Counted from the first letter of the stretch, positions 7,831-15,846 are shown. The stretch: DNA of 64,000 bases from Alphaproteobacteria bacterium (GCA_021774335.1 JAJFJD010000005.1:17632-81631), one strand, 5' to 3'. Made by a program: numbers and translations. Notes: generated by a model from the letters alone, not told the origin.

Positions 7831-8622
7831 ATGCAGACCGTGGCAACCAGCGAAGCAGAATACAAGAAGGTTCAACGCGAAGGCGGCGTTGGCGCGCGGC
7901 GGAGCTATATCGGCACACCTGGGTCGATGGCCGAAGGGGCGCAGGCTTTCCTCGTCGAGCGGCCCTATCCCAATCCGGTTGTTGCGCCGCATTTCCACGA
8001 CATCGACCAGTTTCAGGTGATCGTCGCCGGCGACGGCCGCATGGGCAAGAAGGAGGTCAAGCCGATCACCTTCCAATACGCCGACGCCTTTACGCCCTAT
8101 GGCCCCATCGTCGGACGTGACGACGGCATCAGCTTCTTCACCCTGCGCGCGGTCGCCAGCGGTGGTTACTTTCCGATGCCGGGCTCAAAACATGAGATGC
8201 CTGGCCGTGCCGGACGCAACATCGCCGGCGCTTTCGATATCGAGCGCGAACCGTTGCCGGCGGGAGAAGTCGCTCGCGAACCGTTGATGGAGCCGGAAGC
8301 GGACGGGGTTTATGCCGAAGGCCTGCGTCTCGGCGCAAAGGCGACGGCGAAGGGCCTCGATACGAACGCCGGATGCCAGTTCTATCTTGTTTGTGCCGGA
8401 TCGCTGGTCCAGGACAGCAAGACAATGCCGCCGAAATCCCTGATCCATGTGGAGCCGGGGGAGACGGCACCGAACCTGCAAGCGGGACCGGATGGCGCCT
8501 GCGTGTTGGCCCTGCGCTTTCCGTCACCGTCTGACCGCCCGGGTTCGGACCCACGCAAGCTTGGGGGCCGGAGCGAAGCCGATTATCACATGCGCCCGGA
8601 CATTGTTGACGGCGCACGCTGA
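7831..8622 (+). CDS. Hypothetical protein, possibly cupin-like
   Basis: AGGAGGGGA SD. The segment PHFHDIDQFQVIVAGDG looks like a cupin metal motif. No firm family assignment. Confidence 0.6.
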   Translation: MQTVATSEAEYKKVQREGGVGARRSYIGTPGSMAEGAQAFLVERPYPNPVVAPHFHDIDQFQVIVAGDGRMGKKEVKPITFQYADAFTPYGPIVGRDDGISFFTLRAVASGGYFPMPGSKHEMPGRAGRNIAGAFDIEREPLPAGEVAREPLMEPEADGVYAEGLRLGAKATAKGLDTNAGCQFYLVCAGSLVQDSKTMPPKSLIHVEPGETAPNLQAGPDGACVLALRFPSPSDRPGSDPRKLGGRSEADYHMRPDIVDGAR

Positions 8623-8706
8623 GCTCCCGGCTCCACCACTTCTTTCTATGTTGTAACAGTATCGTATGCGTTGGGAGCCGCGTTGAGGGTATAGCGCCCG
8701 CGGGCT

Positions 8707-9816
8707 TTAAGTCGCGAGGCTTTGTGCACGTAGGCGTCCTTCGCGGTCGGCTGTCTTGAGCGCCCAGAGGACGGTTTCCGGCTTCACATCGGCCGGCTCG
8801 TTGTGGATAGTCTCGCCCGGCGCGCAGGCGGTGCGTGCGACCAGCTCCAGGTCGGCATCGGATACGTTTGCGAGGCCGATGTCGTCCAGAGTTGTGGGCA
8901 GGCCGACCGATTCGCAAAATCCGTAAACCTCGTCGATCATGTCCTTCCGCTTGTCTGTCAGGAAGAGTGCGGCAAGCACGCCGATCGCGACCTTCTCACC
9001 ATGCCAGAATGCATGTGTGTCGCGCAGGCTGGTCAGGCCGTTATGGATGGCGTGACACGCGGCGAGTCCGCCGCTCTCGAATCCGAGACCGGAGAGGAGG
9101 GTGTTCGCTTCGACCACATGGTCGAGCGCCGGGGTAACGCTTTGTGTTTCCACGGCTGTTTTTGCCAGAGGCCCGTACTCGAGGAGCGTATCGTAACAGA
9201 GGCGCGCCAGAGCGTAGGCTGTCATGGTCCCCGGGCGGCCGGTCATGTTGGCGGCTCTGCGAATCCGGCAGGAATCGGCTTCGAACCACGTTGCCAGGGC
9301 ATCTCCCATCCCGGCGACCAGAAAGCGGACCGGCGCTTTGGCCACCAGCGCGGTATCGACGATCACGACGTCCGGGTTGCGCGGCAGGACGAGGTAGCGC
9401 TCGAACGCGCCGTCATCGGTATAGATGACCGATAGGGCGCTGCAGGGTGCATCGGTCGACGCGATCGTCGGGACGATGACGACCGGGAGTTTGAGTTCGA
9501 AAGCAACGGCCTTTGCGGTATCGAGCGTCTTGCCGCCGCCCACGCCGACGACGGTGTCGCAATCGCCCGACTTCGCGCTTTGAATGATTCGGTCGATCTC
9601 ACGCTGGGAGCATTCACCACCGAAGGTTTCGAAAACGGACCCGAGAGCATTTGTGAAACCGGCTTCCAAATCGGTGTCCAACGCATCACGGACATTCGGG
9701 TCTTCCAGCACGAGTGGCCGCGTGCCCAATCGTTCGCATTCCTCGCCAAGCACGGAGAGTGCGTGCGCGCCTTGTACATATCTGCCGGGAAAGATCGCCG
9801 TTGTTAACATGGTCAT
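8707..9816 (-). CDS. gldA: Glycerol dehydrogenase (iron-containing ADH family)
   Basis: AAGGAG SD. GVGGGKTLDTAKAVA and LVAGMGDALATWFEA motifs are characteristic of GldA. Confidence 0.85.
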   Translation of the reverse strand: MTMLTTAIFPGRYVQGAHALSVLGEECERLGTRPLVLEDPNVRDALDTDLEAGFTNALGSVFETFGGECSQREIDRIIQSAKSGDCDTVVGVGGGKTLDTAKAVAFELKLPVVIVPTIASTDAPCSALSVIYTDDGAFERYLVLPRNPDVVIVDTALVAKAPVRFLVAGMGDALATWFEADSCRIRRAANMTGRPGTMTAYALARLCYDTLLEYGPLAKTAVETQSVTPALDHVVEANTLLSGLGFESGGLAACHAIHNGLTSLRDTHAFWHGEKVAIGVLAALFLTDKRKDMIDEVYGFCESVGLPTTLDDIGLANVSDADLELVARTACAPGETIHNEPADVKPETVLWALKTADREGRLRAQSLAT

Positions 9817-9908
9817 CGCTCCTTGTTGGTGTTGGAGAGGGATTGGCCGAAAGCAACGAGAACGATCGAAATCAGGCGTGCATCATGCCTCGCCTGGCTG
9901 GGGTATCG

Positions 9909-9922
9909 TTGATATGCGTCAA
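9909..9922. promoter_or_regulatory. Near-consensus FNR/FixK-type box TTGATatgcGTCAA
   Basis: One mismatch to TTGAT-N4-ATCAA. Intergenic, centred about 100 nt upstream of the gldA ATG and about 198 nt upstream of the RidA-like gene. Confidence 0.4.
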
Positions 9923-10112
9923 GGTTGCGCGGAAATTTCGCCTAAGAAGGCGGCGGGGCGCTCCGGCCCGCGACGGGTGTCTGGGTCTTGGGCGTCTTAT
10001 TGCAAATCCCTGTCGGTAATCTTCCGTGCATCACGATAGTGAACCCCACGCGGCTCGGCTAACATGGTCCGGCTCGCTGGATCTCACACCAAACACGGAC
10101 GGATACTTCCAC

Positions 10113-10493
10113 ATGATCGACTTCATCGGACAGCCGGAGCCGGATTCAATCAGACCCTTTAGCCGTGCGACCCGCGCCGCCGGCCTGATATTCGTTTCCG
10201 GGCATTCAGCACCGCACGATCCCGCGAAGGGTATCGAGCGCGGCGCGACCGCAGGCGAGCAGGTTCGAAACTCGCTCACCTTCATTGACCAGATACTGCG
10301 CGAGCAAGGCAGCTCGCTCCAGCGCGTCGTGCAGGTCACGATGTTGATTACGGACCCGGCGAATTATGCGGCCTGCAACGAAGAGTATGTGAAGCACTTT
10401 CCGGACGGGCTGCCGGCGCGCCACACGGCGCGTTTCGGCGTCCCAACGGAAGCAATGGTCGGATTCTCTTGTATTGCGCTGGCCGCTGACTGA
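10113..10493 (+). CDS. RidA/YjgF/L-PSP family protein
   Basis: PFSRATRAAGLIFVSGHS...ENSLTFIDQILREQGSSLQRVVQVTMLITD...ARHTARFGV is typical of RidA-like proteins. Start moved to M30 of the track ORF. Confidence 0.85.
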   Translation: MIDFIGQPEPDSIRPFSRATRAAGLIFVSGHSAPHDPAKGIERGATAGEQVRNSLTFIDQILREQGSSLQRVVQVTMLITDPANYAACNEEYVKHFPDGLPARHTARFGVPTEAMVGFSCIALAAD

Positions 10494-10606
10494 CACCGTC
10501 GATTTGGATACGCAAAACCGGAAGCCGTGCACTTGGCCGACACTCTGGCGCGCGATACCGCGCATCTTCGTCTCTTCGATGCCTTGGGCTGCGGCTTATG
10601 ACGGGA

Positions 10607-11647
10607 TCAAAAGTTCGATACGCGGACGGAGCATTCCTGGGTCGTGCTGAAAGTCGGAATAAAGGCGGAATGCTTGCCGGGACCGCCCGCGACGAGAATC
10701 TGGATCCTCTCGGGTGACGCGGACAGATAAAGATGATCATTCACGAGCCTGTTGCCCCGTTCCCCCGCATACAGCAACTGCTCGGATGCCACACGGGAAT
10801 AGTGGATCTTGGAATCTTCGTAGAGCTTCTGTTGGATGTCCGGGATCGACCAGCCGTCCCGATCAATCGTCTGCGCATGCTCTGGCCCAAGCGCGATCAC
10901 ATACGGACACGAGCCGCGGATAACATTCACGCCGGTCTGCGAAATCGTGCCTGCGATCGTCGTCAAGATAGCGTCACCGGACGTACTGGCATGATCGTTG
11001 AGGTTATGCGGAGGTTCGCAAGCAAGCATCGTTACGACACTGTCCGTAGCATCAAACCCCCGGCGCACGTGATAGGGTTCCCATGGGCTATCTTCCTCGT
11101 TCTCACCGAAACAAAAGCTGTATTTTGCCGGCGATCCTTGGGTCGCCCGGTCCATCTCGCCCGGCGTCGCGCCGCCGATATTCATCAGTGTTAGTTGGAG
11201 GGCGCGCCCGATTGTTGCATTGGCCCTTGCCCCCTGACCGAAACAGTTGCTGCCGCAATTAATATCCAGAGTCTTCCGCAGCGGCCCGCTGACAATCATC
11301 ATCGGCGCGCAGGAATGCGTCGTCGCCAGTGTTCCATGCAGATTGTAGTCCGGCTGAAGGACGGCACGCACGGCCGCCACGATGACGGGAAGATACTCGG
11401 CCCGGCACCCCGCCATAACCGCATTCGCCGCGATACCTCGAATCGTCGGAATAACCTGGCGCGGCGACATGGGCGGGAACGGCTCATTGTCGCCACGGCA
11501 GATTTCGGCAAATCGTTCGACCACACTCTCGGTCGGCATGATCAGGGGCAAGCCATCGCTCCAACCCTGTTCAATCGCAAAATCATTCCATTGCGCGGGA
11601 TCGAGGTCGCCGACCTCGATCACCTCGTTTTCAGTTTGGTCTGTCAT
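10607..11647 (-). CDS. Conserved hypothetical protein (346 aa)
   Basis: Long ORF with genome-typical composition and no antisense competitor with motifs. Segments GLPLIMPT and ANAVMAGCRAEYLPV look conserved, but I cannot name the family. Confidence 0.65.
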   Translation of the reverse strand: MTDQTENEVIEVGDLDPAQWNDFAIEQGWSDGLPLIMPTESVVERFAEICRGDNEPFPPMSPRQVIPTIRGIAANAVMAGCRAEYLPVIVAAVRAVLQPDYNLHGTLATTHSCAPMMIVSGPLRKTLDINCGSNCFGQGARANATIGRALQLTLMNIGGATPGEMDRATQGSPAKYSFCFGENEEDSPWEPYHVRRGFDATDSVVTMLACEPPHNLNDHASTSGDAILTTIAGTISQTGVNVIRGSCPYVIALGPEHAQTIDRDGWSIPDIQQKLYEDSKIHYSRVASEQLLYAGERGNRLVNDHLYLSASPERIQILVAGGPGKHSAFIPTFSTTQECSVRVSNF

Positions 11648-11841
11648 CGTTAGATGATCGCTTTCCGTCTAGCCACCGTAATTACGCGACGGTTTCTTTC
11701 GGTGCCGCCGACGCCACGTCGATGCGTAAACTAATAATACGCGATGGCGACATTGTCCCCAAAACGCCTCCAGCGGGATGTCGGATTAGGACGACAAAGC
11801 GGACGTCGTCTGGCGGGGCCGGGAAATTCTGCTGTTGGCCA

Positions 11842-12300
11842 TCAAGGGACGTCCACGCCGCCGAGCTCTTCCTCAACCAATCGCCTTAACCAATCGCCGA
11901 CCGGCTCTTGATTCTTGGCCGCGGCGAGTTCAATTTTTTCCATCATGGTTTTTGAAACTCGCAGATCGATTGGGACGGTATCGTGCCCGACCGGCGGTGG
12001 AGCACCGAATAGCTGTTCGATCTGCTTAATATGGTCATGATCCTCCAACCATCGGCATGCTTCGGCCGCCGTCAGGGGAATAATTTCTGTCCCACGAGCC
12101 GGTTTCCCTCCTCGGAGAATGGCAGAATAAAAAGACTCCACGCCTCCTTCGGCCGCCAGAAACAAAACCCCATTATCGTTACGAAAGAGGGCCTCTTTGT
12201 AGTCCTCTTCATCGCTTGCCCCGTCGTAGCGGCTTTCGGCAATAAGCTTTGCCTGTTCAGTATTATAGAGATGCCCGCCGACGACTCGCTTTACCTTCAC
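11842..12300 (-). CDS. Hypothetical 152-aa protein with ribbon-helix-helix-like C-terminal tail
   Basis: GTG start preceded by AGGAGTAGGAG. The C-terminal IDLRVSKTMMEKIELAAAKNQEPVGDWLRRLVEEEL has the beta-strand/helix/helix pattern of RHH domains. Last gene of the AT-richer cassette. Confidence 0.6.
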   Translation of the reverse strand: MKVKRVVGGHLYNTEQAKLIAESRYDGASDEEDYKEALFRNDNGVLFLAAEGGVESFYSAILRGGKPARGTEIIPLTAAEACRWLEDHDHIKQIEQLFGAPPPVGHDTVPIDLRVSKTMMEKIELAAAKNQEPVGDWLRRLVEEELGGVDVP

Positions 12301-12335
12301 TTGCTCCTACTCCTAATTTTCCTATGCCCCACATC

Positions 12336-13064
12336 TTATTCTTCAGGAGCTACTGCCGATTGGAAAACAGGCTCACCGGCTAACCAGCGCTCGCCCGCGT
12401 CTGGTTGATCGAGAGCGATATGTAGCGCGGCAATCAACTCGAGAAAATCGGACGAAAGACCTTCTTCTTTCAATCCGGACGACAACCCCTCCAAAACATC
12501 AGAATAGATGTTCTTTTGAGCACTATCATGAGGGATCAGCCTCCAACTCCTAGGGTAGTTCAAATCCTGTGCACAAATTGCCCAGTTGTAAGAGTTATAG
12601 CCGCGGCAAACGAGCGGACGTGCTGGGTACACAGAGCACTGTCCATCCGAAAGAAGAGGACAGAGCACGCGCGCGAAAAGCCGCTCGTAGGAGTTCATGC
12701 CTCGCGTTTGGAGCTCCGCCTCGTGAACCCGTGCCTTTAAGGCTTCCATCTCTTCTGGTGAAAAATTTTCGTTTACGTATGAAACAAGACTGAGCAGCTC
12801 CGGTACAGAAATCTCAACTTGGAGATGGCAACAGTAGTTGCACCCTGCTCGGCATGCCGCCGGTTTTGACGCACCTTTAACGCGCCGCACCGCAGCCAAA
12901 ACGCCACCGGCCAGCGAAACTGAGCTAGCAAAAATATTATTGAGGGTTTCGATCGTATATCCGCGCCGTAACGCCTTTATGACCAGGCGTCGCGCGGCAT
13001 CTGCAATTTTTTCTTCCGGGTCTTCATGAATGTGATTCTGCGAAGTGCTCGTTTTCTCAGCCAT
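12336..13064 (-). CDS. YkgJ/UPF0153-family cysteine-cluster protein (CxxxCxxCC; FliB-like family)
   Basis: AAGGA SD. The N-terminal cluster ACRAGCNYCCH and the second half CPLLSDGQCSVYPARPLVCRGY match the PF03692-type zinc/iron-chelating domain architecture. Confidence 0.8.
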   Translation of the reverse strand: MAEKTSTSQNHIHEDPEEKIADAARRLVIKALRRGYTIETLNNIFASSVSLAGGVLAAVRRVKGASKPAACRAGCNYCCHLQVEISVPELLSLVSYVNENFSPEEMEALKARVHEAELQTRGMNSYERLFARVLCPLLSDGQCSVYPARPLVCRGYNSYNWAICAQDLNYPRSWRLIPHDSAQKNIYSDVLEGLSSGLKEEGLSSDFLELIAALHIALDQPDAGERWLAGEPVFQSAVAPEE

Positions 13065-13132
13065 ACGATTTTTCCTTGCGATTCTTCAACAAGCGAACGC
13101 AGACGAGTAAAGACGACACTCCAACATTGATC

Positions 13133-13171
13133 ACCAAACAAACAAAGGGCCGGCACACTCAGACCGGCCCT
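13133..13171 (-). terminator. Intrinsic terminator after the polylysine mini-protein gene
   Basis: 8-bp GC stem agggccgg/ccggccct (13146-13153 / 13164-13171) with a 10-nt loop. On the minus strand it is followed by UUGUUUGUUUGG. Lies 22 nt downstream of the stop at 13193. Confidence 0.7.
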
Positions 13172-13192
13172 CAATCTTAGTATATTTTGTTG

Positions 13193-13483
13193 TTATTTTT
13201 TCACGGCTCTCTTTTTTCTCACCGGACGCTTCTTCACAGGGCGCTTTTTAACGGGGCGCTTCTTCACGGGTCTCTTTTTCGTGGCTTTCTTCTTCGTGGC
13301 TTTCTTTTTCGATGGGCTCGCGGCTGCCGTTGAGAACAGCAAACCGTCCTTTGTAAGCGAAGCCATAAGCGGCGCTGCAAACGCTACGCCGGTTACCAAG
13401 CCTGTAAGAAGCTTACGCCGCGTATCGTCGACGTTCTTCGAGAGCTCCGGATGAAGGGTATTCTTCTGATTATCTTTTGGCAT
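13193..13483 (-). CDS. Tat-signal mini-protein with polycationic KKRPV-repeat tail (96 aa)
   Basis: GGGAGA SD. Twin-arginine motif DTRRKLLTG plus hydrophobic region LVTGVAFAAPLMASL. Tail SKKKATKKKATKKRPVKKRPVKKRPVKKRPVRKKRAVKK has 18 Lys and 6 Arg in 39 residues. Confidence 0.75.
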   Translation of the reverse strand: MPKDNQKNTLHPELSKNVDDTRRKLLTGLVTGVAFAAPLMASLTKDGLLFSTAAASPSKKKATKKKATKKRPVKKRPVKKRPVKKRPVRKKRAVKK

Positions 13484-13546
13484 AGATCATCTCCCATTCC
13501 CCAATATTCGGGAATCCTATGCCATATTCAGATACCTTACACGGGA

Positions 13547-13561
13547 GCAATGGTTGTGCCA
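13547..13561 (-). promoter_or_regulatory. Sigma54 (RpoN) -24/-12 promoter element TGGCAC-N5-TTGC
   Basis: The minus strand reads tacattaagTGGCACaaccaTTGCtcccgt, which fits GG-N10-GC exactly. It lies about 64 nt upstream of the ATG at 13483, is intergenic, and is correctly oriented. Confidence 0.6.
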
Positions 13562-13676
13562 CTTAATGTAACACAACCACCATTGGCGTGATTCTCGCCA
13601 TTACAATGAACCGACCGAGCCGACGATATGAAACAGACACCACGTTCATGTATCGGTGGCTAAAAAGTTCTTCGGC

Positions 13677-13958
13677 CTATTTTGTCCCGAAAATTACGAA
13701 TTCTTCTTCGACGAATTCATCGACCGCATCGCGCACGTCTTGCTCCGGTGGCTCTGACAAATCAAATTGCTTTTGCAAAAGTTCGGCGATTGTCTCGATC
13801 GAATTTTGCCCATCGCACAATGTCAGTACCAAACCGGCAGTGTGGTTTAGGTAATGCACCCTGCCTCGACAATTGTCGTTTACGACCAAACCTTCCTCTA
13901 CGGAGGAAATCTCTAATCCATCAACCTGCTTTGGAAAGCTGGGCATCGGTCCAATCAT
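13677..13958 (-). CDS. PqqD-family protein (RiPP recognition element / peptide chaperone fold)
   Basis: RVHYLNHTAGLVLTLCDGQNSIETIAELLQKQFDLSEPPEQDVRDAVDEFVEEEFV matches the PqqD (PF05402) signature (xLNxTaxxixxLcDGxxtxxeIxxxLxxxy....DVxxfl). The true start may be M1 or M5. Confidence 0.8.
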   Translation of the reverse strand: MIGPMPSFPKQVDGLEISSVEEGLVVNDNCRGRVHYLNHTAGLVLTLCDGQNSIETIAELLQKQFDLSEPPEQDVRDAVDEFVEEEFVIFGTK

Positions 13959-14219
13959 GCTCCGTAAATATACATTTTAGTCGGAAGGATTATCCCCGAA
14001 CGCAATAAAACGGCAAAATTGGTGGGAGCCGCCTCACGCTCGACGTACCAGAATAACGCCGATAAACACACAGAACGTCAGCCCCGCGCCCCTAATATGG
14101 CCGGCGCGATTAATTGGGTTTCCCGCCATTCTTTCCGCCACGCCCAAACTGCCGCGGCACTGCCACCAACAAATGCCGGCAGGACGCAATCGCGATCATG
14201 GCTCGGCCTAGACGCCGCC

Positions 14220-15392
14220 TTAAAGCGTTTCGGTGCAGACATAGTCCGCAAGCCGCGCCATGAATTCCTCGCCCTTGCGAACCTGGTCGAGGGTGATGAA
14301 CTCGTTCGGTTTGTGCGCCTGGGCGATGTCACCGGGGCCGCAGACCACCGTGGGGATGCCGACGCGCTTTTGAAATAAGCCGGCTTCCGTGCCGAAACCG
14401 ACCTTGCCATGCTTGTTCTGTCCAGCGAGCCGCTTGACGAAGGCGACGACGGGTTCGTCTGGGTCGGTGTCGAGGGCCAAATTAGGGGGCGTTTCCTCGA
14501 ACTCGAACCCGGCATCCGGGGCGACGGACTTCATCTCGGGCTCGATCACGTCGCGGGCATGGCGTCGGATCTCGTCGAATAGAACCTCGGGGTCGACCGC
14601 CGGGAGGTGCCGGATCTCCATGTTGAAGCTGCAGCTCTTCGGCACGATGTTGGGTGCCGTTCCGCCGCTAATCAAACCAACCTGCATGGTCGTGAAGGGC
14701 ACATCGCAGTCTTCATCGAAGGGGCCTTCCTTCTGCCACTTCCGGGCCAGCTCCTGCATGAAGGTGATCAGGCGCGCGGCATATTCGATCGCGTTGACGC
14801 CTTCATGCGTCAGGCTCGAATGCGCCTCATGGCCATGGACATGAACGCGAACCTTCTTCTTTCCCTTGTGACCGATGATTACGCCGAGGCTTGTCGGTTC
14901 GCCGACGATGCACATGGCGGGCTTTACCGGCATTTCCCGCATCACCTCGACCAGACGCTTTGCGCCGAGATGGCCTACCTCCTCGTCGTAGGAGAAGGCG
15001 AAATGCAGCGGTGTCTTGAGTCCGCGGTCGAGAAGTTGGGGGACGAAGGCCAGCGCGATCGCAATGAAACTTTTCATGTCCGCACTGCCGCGGCCGAAGA
15101 TTTTGCCGTCCTTGACCATCGCTTCGAAGGGATCGCTGTCCCATGCCTGGCCGTCGACCGGCACCACGTCGGTGTGGCCGGACAGGCAGATGCCGGCCCG
15201 GTCCGTCGGCCCTACGGTTGCGTATAGATTTGCCTTCCGCCCTTCCTCGTCGTGCACCAGGCGGGTGTCGATCCCAAACTCGGCAAGATACTGTTGCACG
15301 TAGTCGATCAGCTCAAGATTCGATTCCCGGCTAGTGGTATCGAACCCGATGAGCTTTTGGATAATCGGCAGGCTGATTGGATTGTTGGTCAC
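14220..15392 (-). CDS. Acetylornithine deacetylase-like M20 peptidase (ArgE family)
   Basis: LIGFDTTSRESNLELIDYV, LSGHTDVVPVDGQAWDSDPF, GRGSADMKSF and the C-terminal AHKPNEF are typical of ArgE/M20. The track ORF over-extends at its 5' end. Start placed at an in-frame GTG (V94); the exact start is uncertain. Confidence 0.8.
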   Translation of the reverse strand: MTNNPISLPIIQKLIGFDTTSRESNLELIDYVQQYLAEFGIDTRLVHDEEGRKANLYATVGPTDRAGICLSGHTDVVPVDGQAWDSDPFEAMVKDGKIFGRGSADMKSFIAIALAFVPQLLDRGLKTPLHFAFSYDEEVGHLGAKRLVEVMREMPVKPAMCIVGEPTSLGVIIGHKGKKKVRVHVHGHEAHSSLTHEGVNAIEYAARLITFMQELARKWQKEGPFDEDCDVPFTTMQVGLISGGTAPNIVPKSCSFNMEIRHLPAVDPEVLFDEIRRHARDVIEPEMKSVAPDAGFEFEETPPNLALDTDPDEPVVAFVKRLAGQNKHGKVGFGTEAGLFQKRVGIPTVVCGPGDIAQAHKPNEFITLDQVRKGEEFMARLADYVCTETL

Positions 15393-15441
15393 CGCAATGC
15401 TTTCTGTTGTGGGCCGCTTCAGAATTGTCTGGTAATGCCGG

Positions 15442-15846
15442 CTACTTGCCCGGAATGCGCCAGGACGCTTCCGCGTGCTCGATCGTCGCCACGTCCAGCA
15501 CGACGCCGGTCGGATCGCGGTATTTGCGTTCATATTTCGGGCCCTTGCCCACGCTCTTGACCTGGCCATGGTATTCGCCGCCGGCGTCTTCAACGGACTC
15601 GCATGTTTCGTCCATATCGTCGACGAGGAACCCAAGATGATGGATACCGACGAAATCGGCACCCCGCGCATCGGGCGCGTTGTCGTTGACCCGAAGATTG
15701 AGCAGCGCGAGGCTTACGGTGCCGTCCGACATCATGACTCCGAATTTGGACTCCCGGACCCGTTTCATATCGAAGGCCTGTTCGTAGAATTTCGCTGCCG
15801 CGTCCGGATCGTCAACACTAAGCGCGACGTGACGAAGTTTGGCCAT
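15442..15846 (-). CDS. VOC (glyoxalase/bleomycin-resistance/dioxygenase) family protein
   Basis: GAGGAG SD. MAKLRHVALSVDDPDAAAKFYEQAF...GIHHLGFLVDD. Start moved to M49 of the track ORF. Confidence 0.85.
   Translation of the reverse strand: MAKLRHVALSVDDPDAAAKFYEQAFDMKRVRESKFGVMMSDGTVSLALLNLRVNDNAPDARGADFVGIHHLGFLVDDMDETCESVEDAGGEYHGQVKSVGKGPKYERKYRDPTGVVLDVATIEHAEASWRIPGK

Noticed and set aside
13065-13132. 13-codon minus-strand mini-ORF (MLECRLYSSAFAC) just upstream of the YkgJ-like gene, considered as an alternative Cys-containing precursor.
   Set aside because: It has no SD, it is very short, and its position is equally well explained as a 5' leader between the terminator and the YkgJ-like SD. 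Conservation cannot be tested from this window alone.
13588-13854. 88-aa plus-strand ORF, rich in Ser and Cys, antisense to the PqqD-like gene.
   Set aside because: It overlaps almost the whole PqqD-like ORF, which has a strong family signature. It has no SD and a low-complexity Ser-rich translation typical of an antisense frame.
14034-14129. 31-aa minus-strand ORF (MAGNPINRAGHIRGAGLTFCVFIGVILVRRA) between the PqqD-like gene and the ArgE-like gene, considered as a hidden precursor or membrane peptide.
   Set aside because: It is too short to evaluate, its composition is high-GC unlike the cassette, its SD is marginal, and it has no repeats or motifs linking it to the neighbouring genes.
14220-15671. 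N-terminal extensions of many track ORFs (for example 14220..15671, 5902..6765, 31030..33459, 18706..20637, 53815..54258), considered as unusually long proteins or gene fusions.
   Set aside because: The extensions are Arg/Pro-rich, lack homology-like motifs and overlap neighbouring genes. Internal starts with good SD sequences reproduce normal family lengths, so they are artefacts of longest-ORF calling.
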